Assembly: GCA_016872515.1 (NCBI GenBank)
Contig: VGZR01000001.1
Location: 167,322-231,321, forward strand
DNA: 64,000 bases
Direction of reading: 5' to 3'
Source of the DNA: SAR202 cluster bacterium
GTDB lineage: Bacteria; Chloroflexota; Dehalococcoidia; Lucifugimonadales; VGZR01
Shown here: positions 56,813-64,000 of the stretch, one piece after another
Layout: every line of letters starts with the position of its first letter
Numbering within the stretch: the first letter of the stretch is position 1
Translations under genes and position numbers: made by a program
Notes under the pieces: model-generated
Seen by the model: the letters and a program-made list of their open reading frames with translations, nothing else
The model's database searches: none
What the model was told of the DNA's origin: nothing

Positions 56813-58105
56813 ATGCAGAATCCTTCGATCCTTCGACAAGCTCAGGACAGGCCAAGCTCAGAACAGGCTCCAAAGGGGCCGCTTGAGGGGGTCCGGGTCG
56901 TTGACTGGACGATTTGGCAGTTCGGGCCGATCGCGGCGACGATGCTGGGCGACCTCGGGGCCGATGTCATCAAGGTGGAGGCGCTGGACGGGGATCCGGG
57001 GCGCGCGGTGTTCTCGGCAGGAGGTGTGGATAGGAGCCTGCCGGAGGGGCGGAACTCGTACTTCGAGGCGAACCACCGCAACAAGCGGTGCATCGCGCTG
57101 AACCTGAAGCACCCGGATGGCCGCGAGGTCGTCCACAAGCTGGCGAAGAACGCGGACGTGTTCATCCAGAACTTCCGGCAGGGCGTAGCGGAGCGGCTGG
57201 GGCTGGACTACGAGACGCTGCGGAAGCTGAACCCGAAGGTCATCTACGGGTCGGGGTCAGGCTACGGGCCGAAGGGGCCCGACTCGGCGTTGCCTGCGCT
57301 GGACAGCGCGGCGCAGGCGCGGAGCGGGCTGATGTATGCGACGGGGCCGGAGGGCGCGGACCCGTTCCCCATTCATGGGGCTGTGGGCGACCAGATGGGC
57401 GGCATCATCCTTTCTTGGGGCATCCTGGCGGCGCTGGCGGGGCGCTCGCTCCACGGCATCGGGCAGAAGGTGGAGGTGTCGCACCTGAGCAGCAGCATGT
57501 GGCTGCAGGGGCTGTCCATCAGCATGAGCCTGCTGACGCAGCACAAGCCGCCGTCCGAGGTGAACTTTAGCGTGAGGCAGGCGCGGCAGAAGGCGTTCAA
57601 CCCCATCTCGAACTACTACAGGTGTAGGGACGGGCGCTGGATGATGCTGGCGAACTTCGAGGCGGACCGGTACTGGGCGTCGTTCGCGCGGGCGGTGGGC
57701 ATCGGGCGTCTGGCGGACGACCCACGGTTCAAGGACACGCATGCGCGGACGGCGAACCGGGTGGAGCTCATCAGGGTGCTGGACGAGGTGTTCGCGACGA
57801 AGACGTACGCGGAGTGGGACGAAATCATGCGGACGAAGGGGGACTTCATCTTCGCGCCGGTGCAGCACATCTCGGAGCTCCCGCGCGATCCGCAGGTGTT
57901 GGCGAATGGATACATCGCGGAGGTGGAGCACCCCGTGCTGGGGAAGGCGAGGCTGACGGACCACCCGGTGCGGTACAGCGAGACGCCGCACAGCATACGC
58001 CGCGTGGCACCGGAGCTTGGGGAACACACGGAGGAGATCCTGCAGGAGCTGGGGTACGGTTGGGAGGACATCGCGTGGCTGCAGGAGGCGGGGGTGATTC
58101 TGTAG
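56813..58105 (+). CDS. family III CoA-transferase (CaiB/BaiF-like)
   Basis: GVRVVDWTIWQFGPIAATMLGDLGADVIKVE. 430 aa. GAGGAGGG SD. The first 20 or so codons lie in repeat modules. Confidence 0.85.
   Translation: MQNPSILRQAQDRPSSEQAPKGPLEGVRVVDWTIWQFGPIAATMLGDLGADVIKVEALDGDPGRAVFSAGGVDRSLPEGRNSYFEANHRNKRCIALNLKHPDGREVVHKLAKNADVFIQNFRQGVAERLGLDYETLRKLNPKVIYGSGSGYGPKGPDSALPALDSAAQARSGLMYATGPEGADPFPIHGAVGDQMGGIILSWGILAALAGRSLHGIGQKVEVSHLSSSMWLQGLSISMSLLTQHKPPSEVNFSVRQARQKAFNPISNYYRCRDGRWMMLANFEADRYWASFARAVGIGRLADDPRFKDTHARTANRVELIRVLDEVFATKTYAEWDEIMRTKGDFIFAPVQHISELPRDPQVLANGYIAEVEHPVLGKARLTDHPVRYSETPHSIRRVAPELGEHTEEILQELGYGWEDIAWLQEAGVIL
56821..56870. repeat. two E-type repeat modules inside the 5' end of the CoA-transferase ORF
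   Basis: TCCTTCGATCCTTCGACAAGCTCAGGACAGGCCAAGCTCAGAACAGGCTC. Confidence 0.7.
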
Positions 58106-58115
58106 GGCAGTGCGC

Positions 58116-58258
58116 GGGACCCCTTCGGTCCCCTCACCCTTTGGCCCCGAGCATTCGGGGCCAAAGGCCTCTCCCGCAAGGGGAGAGGAGGAAAGTCGCC
58201 CCCTCACCCTACACGCCGACCAGGTCGGTGTGTAGGCCTTCTCCCGTGATGGGGGGGC
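58116..58258. repeat. mosaic repeat, two tandem T-B-A units
   Basis: CCCCTCACC-CTTTGGCCCCGA-GCA-TTCGGGGCCAAAG-GCCTCTCCC-GCAA-GGGGAGAGGAGG. Then CCCCCTCACC-CTACACGCCGAC-CA-GGTCGGTGTGTAG-GCCTTCTCCC-GTGAT-GGGGGGG. Confidence 0.9.
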
Positions 58259-58262
58259 AACG

Positions 58263-59054
58263 TTACTGGGCAAGGAGGCCGCCGTCAATGACGAGTTCGG
58301 CGCCGGTGACGTAGGAGGACTCGTCGGAGGCGAGGAAGAGGATGCCGTTGGCGATCTCCTCGACGGTGCCGAGCCTGCCCATGGGGACCTTGGCTATAAA
58401 GGTTGCGCGGCGCTCGGGAGTGAGGGACTTTTCAGTCATAGGGGTCCAGGCGCCGCCGGGGTGGATGGAGTTGACGCGGATGTTGTCCTTGGCGTACTGA
58501 ATGGCGGCGGCTTTGGAGAATATGCGGACAGCGCCTTTGGCGGCGTGGTAGGCGGGGCCGCCCTCGCTGCCGACGATGCCCCAGATGGAGGAGACGTTGA
58601 CGATGGAGCCGCCGCCGGCCTTGCGCATCTCGGGGATGGCGTGCTTGGTGCCGAGGAACGCGCCTTTGACGTGGACGTCCATCTCGTGGTCCCACTGCTG
58701 GACGGTCATGTTCTCGATCTTTTCGACGTAGCCCATGCCGGCGTTGTTGACGAGGACGTTGAGTTTGCCGTAGGTCTTGACCGTCTGGGCGATGACGCGC
58801 TTCCACTGCTCCTCGTCGCGGACGTCGAGGGGGATGAACAGGGCGTCGTAGCCGTGTTCGCGGAGCTGGGTCTCGCTCCGGCGGCCGATGTCCTCCTTGA
58901 TGTCGCAGAGGACGACCTTGGCGCCTTCGCGGGCGAATATCCAGGCTGCGGCGCCGCCGAAGCCCATGAGCTCGCTTTGGACGGCGGAGGCCCCGCCGGT
59001 GATGAGGGCCACCTTGTTCTTGAGGCGCATCTCCGTCTCGTGAGATTGTTTCAT
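58263..59054 (-). CDS. SDR-family oxidoreductase (copy 1 of 3)
   Basis: KVALITGGAS...NNAG...YHAAKGAV. Shares the VQSELMGFGGAAAW-type insert after the Gly-rich motif. Confidence 0.85.
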   Translation of the reverse strand: MKQSHETEMRLKNKVALITGGASAVQSELMGFGGAAAWIFAREGAKVVLCDIKEDIGRRSETQLREHGYDALFIPLDVRDEEQWKRVIAQTVKTYGKLNVLVNNAGMGYVEKIENMTVQQWDHEMDVHVKGAFLGTKHAIPEMRKAGGGSIVNVSSIWGIVGSEGGPAYHAAKGAVRIFSKAAAIQYAKDNIRVNSIHPGGAWTPMTEKSLTPERRATFIAKVPMGRLGTVEEIANGILFLASDESSYVTGAELVIDGGLLAQ

Positions 59055-59062
59055 GACTTAAC

Positions 59063-59120
59063 TTTCACCCCCCCCCCGATCCACATCGGGGCCCCTCCCT
59101 CACGGGATGGAAGCGGGGGA
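59063..59120. repeat. degenerate mosaic repeat
   Basis: TTTCACCCCCCCC-CCGAT-CCAC-ATCGGGG-CCCCTCCCTCACGGGATGGAAGCGGGGG. Confidence 0.5.
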
Positions 59121-59128
59121 CAGCTGGG

Positions 59129-59899
59129 CTACTGGGCGGTCATGCCGCCGTCGATGACGAGCTCGGACCCGGTGATGTAGGAGGACTCGTCGGAAGCGAG
59201 GAAGAGGATGCCGTCGGCGACCTCCTCAGGCTTTCCCCATCTTGCCATGGGGACCTTGGCAGTGTAGAGAGCGAGTTTATCGGGGTCTTCTTGGAGGCGA
59301 TGGGTCATGGGGGTGATGCAGAAGCCTGGGTGGATGGAGTTGGCGCGGATGTTGTCCTTGGCGTACTGGATGGCCGTGGCCTTGGTGAAGATGCGGATGG
59401 CGCCCTTGGCGGCATGGTAGGCTGCGGAGGTCTGGCTGCCGACGAGTCCGTAGATAGAGGAGATGTTGACGATGGAGCCGCCGCCGACCTTGCGCATCTC
59501 GGGGATGGCGTGCTTGGTGCCAAGGAAGGTGCCTTTGGCGTGGACGTCCATCTCGTGGTTCCAGATGTCCAGGGTAGCCTGTTCGACGGTGTTCATGTAG
59601 CCCTGGCCGGCGTTGTTGACGAGGACGTTGAGTTTGCCGTAGGTCTTGACGGTCTGGGCGATGGCGCGCTTCCACTGCTCCTCGTCGCGCACGTCGAGGG
59701 GGATGAACAGGGCGTCGTAGCCGTGTTCGCGGAGCTGGGTCTCGCTCCGGCGGGCTAGGTCCTCCTTGATGTCGCACAGGACGACCTTGGCGCCTTCGCG
59801 GGCGAACATCCAGGCGGAGGCGCCGCCGAAGCCCATGACCTCTCCTTTGATGCCTGCTGCTGCGCCGGTGATGAGGGCGACCTTTCCTTTGAGACGCAT
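59129..59899 (-). CDS. SDR-family oxidoreductase (copy 2 of 3)
   Basis: ATG 59899 after GAGGAGG. MRLKGKVALITGAAAGIKGEVMGFGGASAW...YHAAKGAI. Confidence 0.85.
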   Translation of the reverse strand: MRLKGKVALITGAAAGIKGEVMGFGGASAWMFAREGAKVVLCDIKEDLARRSETQLREHGYDALFIPLDVRDEEQWKRAIAQTVKTYGKLNVLVNNAGQGYMNTVEQATLDIWNHEMDVHAKGTFLGTKHAIPEMRKVGGGSIVNISSIYGLVGSQTSAAYHAAKGAIRIFTKATAIQYAKDNIRANSIHPGFCITPMTHRLQEDPDKLALYTAKVPMARWGKPEEVADGILFLASDESSYITGSELVIDGGMTAQ

Positions 59900-59921
59900 G
59901 GCTTGCCTCCTCATGTTGGGA

Positions 59922-60725
59922 CTACTGTGCGATAACGCCGCCGTCGATGACGAGCTCGGCGCCGGTGACGTACGAGGACTCGTCGGAGGCGAGGAAGAGG
60001 ATGCCGAAGGCGATCTCCTCGGCCTTGGCGAGTCGGCCCAGGGGTACCTTGGGCAGGCGCGGGTCGGGTATGCCGGCTGCGGCGAGTTTGGCGATGCCCT
60101 GGCGTGCGAGAGGAGTATCGGTGTAGCCGGGGTGGACGGAGTTGACACGAATGTTCTCTTTGGCGTACTGGATGGCGGCGGCCTTGGAGAAGATACGGCT
60201 GGCGCCTTTGCCGGTTGAGTAGGCGATGCCGAGGGGGTTGCCGTTGATGCCGTCTATAGAGGAGATGTTGACGATGGAGCCGCCGCGGTTCTTGCGCATG
60301 GCGGGGATGGCGTGTTTAGTGCCGAGGAAGACGGCCTTGGCGTGGACGTCCATCTGGGCGTCCCACTTGTCCACGGGGGTATCTTCGGCGCCTCCGATGA
60401 AGGTGGTGCCGGCGGCGTTGACCAGGATGTCTAGGCGGCCGAACTTGGAGGTCGCGAAGCTTACGGCGCCTATCCAGTCGGCCTCGTTGGTGGCATCCAA
60501 ACGCACGAACTCGGCCCGGCCTCCGGCGTTCCGAAGCTGCTGGGCGGCTTTCTTTCCTTTGTCTTCGTCGAGGTCTCCCAGGACGACGGCAGCGCCTTCG
60601 CGGACGAAGAGCCAAGCAGCAGCGCCGCCGATGCCCAACACCCAGTCTTTGCCTTCGGAGCGGGGGTCTCCTTTGAAGGCGGTGGCTCCACCGGAGATGA
60701 GGGAGACTTTTCCTTTCAGGCGCAT
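59922..60725 (-). CDS. SDR-family oxidoreductase (copy 3 of 3)
   Basis: MRLKGKVSLISGGATAFKGDPRSEGKDWVLGIGGAAAW...YSTGKGAS. Confidence 0.85.
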   Translation of the reverse strand: MRLKGKVSLISGGATAFKGDPRSEGKDWVLGIGGAAAWLFVREGAAVVLGDLDEDKGKKAAQQLRNAGGRAEFVRLDATNEADWIGAVSFATSKFGRLDILVNAAGTTFIGGAEDTPVDKWDAQMDVHAKAVFLGTKHAIPAMRKNRGGSIVNISSIDGINGNPLGIAYSTGKGASRIFSKAAAIQYAKENIRVNSVHPGYTDTPLARQGIAKLAAAGIPDPRLPKVPLGRLAKAEEIAFGILFLASDESSYVTGAELVIDGGVIAQ

Positions 60726-60771
60726 GGCATACCTCTTATTAAGAGCAAGGCTGTTTCAGGACCCACTTTGC

Positions 60772-60840
60772 TCTTCACCCCTACCTCTTTGAGCCGACCT
60801 AGTCGGCTCAAAGGTCATCCCCCTCAAGGGGGAGGAGCAA
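60772..60840. repeat. mosaic repeat, T-B-A unit
   Basis: CTTCACCCCTACC-TCTTTGAGCCGAC-CTA-GTCGGCTCAAAG-GTCATCCCCC-TCAA-GGGGGAGGAG. Confidence 0.9.
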
Positions 60841-61190
60841 CGACGTTGCTTCCGCAGCGTTCGGCTGGCATATGATACGCCAGGCTTTTGCGCATAGCCA
60901 GGTGAGGCGCGGAAGGGGGCTGGACTTGACCAGTGGTCTTTTTCACAAACCCACGGTATAATTCGGCCAACTTTTCGGGGATGGTCTGGGAACCAAACGC
61001 AGTGCGCAGGCCCTTGCCAAGTGGGTTGAGTTTTGGTGGGGCGTTCCATTACAATACTGGCCCGACTCGAAGAAGGGTGTCCGGAGAACCTACAACTCTC
61101 CATGCACATTCCCGTTCGCTGCAATAAGAGCGGCAGCGGCGGGCGTGATTTTTTCTGAATAGAGGACATCAGTCCTGTAAGGGGGATCCA

Positions 61191-62189
61191 ATGGCGAAAG
61201 TGCTCGAGGTGAAGGACCTAGCCACCTACTTCTTCACCGCGGACGGTGTCGTGAAGGCGGTGGATGGGATCAGCTACCACGTGGACGAGGGTGAGTCCAT
61301 CGCCATCGTGGGGGAGAGTGGCTGCGGCAAGAGCGTCAGCGCGCTGTCGGTGATGCGGCTGGTGGCCAGCCCGCCCGGCAGGACGGTGCATGGCGAGGTG
61401 GTGTTCGAAGGGCAGGACATCCTGAAGCTGTCCGAGTCCGAGATGCGGCATGTCCGCGGCAACCGTATCGGGATGGTATTCCAGGAGCCGATGACCTCGC
61501 TCAACCCGGTGCTGAGCATCGGCTATCAGTTGACGGAGTCTCTGATGCTGCACTTGGGGATGACCCGGGTGGATGCCAGAGAGCGGGCCGGCGAGCTCCT
61601 GAATCTGGTGGGCATCCCGGACGCCGAGCGGCGCCTGAAGGACTATCCGCACCAGTTCAGCGGCGGCATGAGGCAGAGGGTGATGATTGCCTTGGCCTTG
61701 AGCTGCAACCCGAAAATCATCATCGCCGACGAGCCGACGACAGCTCTGGACGTGACGATCCAAGCGCAGGTGCTGGAGGTGATGAAGAGCCTGGCCGACG
61801 AGTTCGGGACGGCGCTCATCATGATCACCCATAACCTGGGCGTAGTAGCCCGCTATGCCCAACGGGTCATCGTCATGTACGCGGGCAAGATCATCGAGAG
61901 CGGCTCGGCCAAGCAGATCTATGGCGACCCGAGGCACCCGTACACGCTTGGGTTGCTCAAGTCGGTGCCGCGCCTGGATGAAAGCAGGAAGGAGAAACTC
62001 GACCCGATCGAAGGGTTGCCGCCTCTTCTCATAAATCTTCCGGCGGCGTGCAGTTTCGCGCCCCGGTGCAAGTATGCGATAGACAAGTGCCGAAGCGAAG
62101 TACCTCAACTCGAGATGGCTACGGACGGCCATGTGTCGGCGTGCTTCAGGTCCAAAGAGTTGGCCCAGCTCGCCAAAGCTCACGCTTAG
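61191..62189 (+). CDS. oligopeptide/dipeptide ABC transporter ATP-binding protein (OppD/DppD-like)
   Basis: Walker A GESGCGKS, signature FSGGMRQR, Walker [13 protein letters not shown]-terminal HPYTLGLL...CSFAPRC. Confidence 0.9.
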   Translation: MAKVLEVKDLATYFFTADGVVKAVDGISYHVDEGESIAIVGESGCGKSVSALSVMRLVASPPGRTVHGEVVFEGQDILKLSESEMRHVRGNRIGMVFQEPMTSLNPVLSIGYQLTESLMLHLGMTRVDARERAGELLNLVGIPDAERRLKDYPHQFSGGMRQRVMIALALSCNPKIIIADEPTTALDVTIQAQVLEVMKSLADEFGTALIMITHNLGVVARYAQRVIVMYAGKIIESGSAKQIYGDPRHPYTLGLLKSVPRLDESRKEKLDPIEGLPPLLINLPAACSFAPRCKYAIDKCRSEVPQLEMATDGHVSACFRSKELAQLAKAHA

Positions 62190-62199
62190 GGGGAAGGCG

Positions 62200-63348
62200 A
62201 TGGTTTTAGGAAAAAAGAAGGACAAGCAGGCCAAGGCGGCTCAGGCTGGCGCGACCAACGGCCAGTCACAGCCTTCAAAGGCCATGGACCCGAGCCACCC
62301 GGACTGGCACAAAGGGGAGGATATCCTCCTGGATGTCCGGAACCTGAAGATGTACTTCCCGGTGAACTCCGGCTTGCTCGTCCAGCGCAAGATTGCCGAC
62401 GTAAAGGCGGTGGACGACGTCTCCTTTTTCATCAGGAAGGGCGAGACGCTGGGCCTGGTGGGGGAGAGCGGCTGCGGCAAGACCACGGTAGGCAGGGCTG
62501 TCCTACAGCTCTACAAGCCCACCGCGGGAGAGGTGTACTTCCAAGGCCAGAACATCGCGGGCTGGAGCACGCCGCAGATGCGGCCGCTGCGCAGGCAGAT
62601 GCAGTTGATCTTCCAGGACCCGTACAGCTCACTGAATCCGCGCATGACCTGTGGCAGCATCATCGGTGAGCCGCTCGTCATCCACGGGCTGTCGAAGACG
62701 AAGGCCGAGCGGCGCGAGCGGGTGGCCCATCTACTGGAGGTCGTGGGACTCAACCCGTTCATGGCCGACCGGTACCCGCACGAGTTCAGCGGCGGTCAAC
62801 GCCAGCGCATCGGTATCGCCCGCGCCCTAGCGGTCAACCCGAGCTTCATCGTTTGCGACGAGCCGGTGTCCGCTCTGGACGTGTCCATCCAGGCGCAGGT
62901 CATCAACCTGCTCGAGGAGCTCCAAGCGGAGTTCCACTTGACGTACCTGTTCATCGCCCACGACCTTTCGGTGGTGCGGCACATCAGCGACCGGATCGCC
63001 GTCATGTACTTGGGGCACATCGCGGAAGTGGCGAACCGCCAGGAGCTCTACGATAATCCGCTGCACCCGTACACGCAGGCGCTGCTCTCTGCTATCCCAA
63101 TCCCCGACCCGGTGATTGAGGAGAAGCGGGAGCGCATCATCCTGTACGGCGACGTGCCCAGCCCGCTGCGGCCGCCGCCGGGCTGTGTGTTCCACACACG
63201 CTGCCCCATCGCCATCGGGGCGTGCCGGACGGCTGTGCCGGAGCTTCAGGAGGTCTCGAAGGACCACTGGGTGGCCTGCATCCGAGCGGAAGGCTACCGA
63301 ACCTCTGCGACTGCCCTCGCGCCTGCCAGCGAGGCGAAGCCGAAGTAA
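62200..63348 (+). CDS. oligopeptide/dipeptide ABC transporter ATP-binding protein (OppF/DppF-like)
   Basis: ATG 62200. [37 protein letters not shown]...CVFHTRC. Confidence 0.9.
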   Translation: MVLGKKKDKQAKAAQAGATNGQSQPSKAMDPSHPDWHKGEDILLDVRNLKMYFPVNSGLLVQRKIADVKAVDDVSFFIRKGETLGLVGESGCGKTTVGRAVLQLYKPTAGEVYFQGQNIAGWSTPQMRPLRRQMQLIFQDPYSSLNPRMTCGSIIGEPLVIHGLSKTKAERRERVAHLLEVVGLNPFMADRYPHEFSGGQRQRIGIARALAVNPSFIVCDEPVSALDVSIQAQVINLLEELQAEFHLTYLFIAHDLSVVRHISDRIAVMYLGHIAEVANRQELYDNPLHPYTQALLSAIPIPDPVIEEKRERIILYGDVPSPLRPPPGCVFHTRCPIAIGACRTAVPELQEVSKDHWVACIRAEGYRTSATALAPASEAKPK

Positions 63349-63385
63349 CGTATACCCCGGGTTACGGGGTAATCGAGTATGTCCG

Positions 63386-63420
63386 CATAAGGGTGGGTCG
63401 TCAGACCCACCCTTATGTTT
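63386..63420 (+). terminator. intrinsic terminator candidate after the ABC ATPase pair
   Basis: CATAAGGGTGGGTC-GTCA-GACCCACCCTTATG followed by TTT. Confidence 0.6.
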
Positions 63421-63438
63421 CGGATGAGGTGAGGCAAG

Positions 63439-64000
63439 ATGCGCATCGTCTCTATTCAGGCCGACCAGTTCCGCATACCGCTGCCGACGGTGCTGTCCGA
63501 CTCGACGCACGGGCAGATATCGCACTTCGAGCTGGTGACGGTACGGGTGCGCGCCGACGAGGGCGTGGAGGGGCTCGGCTACACCTACACTGTGGGTGCA
63601 GGCGGCGCCTCCATCCGAGCGCTCATCGAGCGGGAGCTGGCGCCGGTGATGGTGGGCGCCGACCCGCGCCGGACCGAGCAGCTCTGGGAGAAGATGTGGT
63701 GGCACATCCACTGGGTCGGCCGCGGCGGGCTGGCCGTCCACGCGATGTCGGCGATGGACATCGCGCTCTGGGACGTGAAGGGACGCGCGGCAATAGAGCC
63801 GTTGTGGCGGCTCTTGGGCGGGCACAGCCCGAAAGTGAAGGCGTATGCGGGCGGGGTTGACCTTTACTACACACTGGACGAGTTGCGCCGCCAGACACAT
63901 GGGTTCCTAGAGCGGGGCCTGCACGCCATCAAGATGAAAGTTGGGAGGGAGAAGCTATCGGAGGACGTCGAGCGGGTGGAGGCCGTGCGGAAGATCGTCG
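63439..64000 (+). CDS. enolase-superfamily enzyme (mandelate racemase/muconate lactonizing family), 5' part
   Basis: Not in the ORF track because it runs off the window end. Hand translation gives MRIVSIQADQFRIPLPTVLSD...VEGLGYTYTVGAGGASI...AMSAMDIALWDVKGRAA..PLWRLLGG. Confidence 0.8.
   Translation, partial: MRIVSIQADQFRIPLPTVLSDSTHGQISHFELVTVRVRADEGVEGLGYTYTVGAGGASIRALIERELAPVMVGADPRRTEQLWEKMWWHIHWVGRGGLAVHAMSAMDIALWDVKGRAAIEPLWRLLGGHSPKVKAYAGGVDLYYTLDELRRQTHGFLERGLHAIKMKVGREKLSEDVERVEAVRKIV

Noticed and set aside
60756-61169. ORF 60756-61169 (minus strand, 137 aa) in the gap upstream of the ABC ATPase genes.
   Set aside because: It has no SD. Its composition is unlike neighbouring genes, its 3' part is the translation of repeat 60772-60840, and it has no recognisable motifs.

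Overview
This is a high-G+C bacterial chromosomal segment. The gene content and ribosomal-protein features are reminiscent of Chloroflexota, but the phylum cannot be proven from this sequence alone.

**Left arm (1-16.4 kb).** It holds a partial acyl-CoA dehydrogenase, a GSA-like aminotransferase, a frameshifted SnoaL-like gene, a translationally coupled thiolase/DUF2461 pair, and an Alternative Complex III (act) cluster with split actB and the order A-B1-B2-C-F-D-E. It also holds a coupled LLM oxidoreductase/HpcH aldolase pair and a DtxR-family regulator.

**Centre (16.6-40.4 kb).** All genes are on the plus strand in one continuous str-S10-spc-alpha-L13 ribosomal super-operon of 38 genes from rpsL to rpsI. 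There is no tuf after fusA, and rpmJ was found by hand.

**Right arm (40.4-64 kb).** This is a paralogue-rich set of catabolic-type genes: two enolase-superfamily genes, an amidase with a small GatC/AtzG-like partner, a VOC protein, a second GSA-like aminotransferase, a frameshifted phosphotriesterase, CinA, a MetE-like protein, a ThDP enzyme, a family III CoA-transferase, three tandem SDRs and an orphan OppD/OppF ATPase pair. It also contains a visibly lower-G+C island (53.4-56.7 kb) with two disrupted cell-surface protein genes.

**Most striking features.**
- A mosaic family of short palindromic repeats sits in almost every intergenic gap. This includes at least ten junctions inside the ribosomal super-operon, and one about 245 nt in-frame insertion inside truA.
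- An orphan consensus promoter plus intrinsic terminator bracket an ORF-poor transcript of about 155 nt, a candidate sRNA.
- Two surface proteins share a C-terminal PAPPPVPxxG[AS]WAL-TM-basic tail, which looks like an undescribed sorting signal.
- Several ribosomal proteins carry long Ala/Lys/Pro/Glu-rich extensions.

No CRISPR array, tRNA, rRNA, transposase or integrase was seen.
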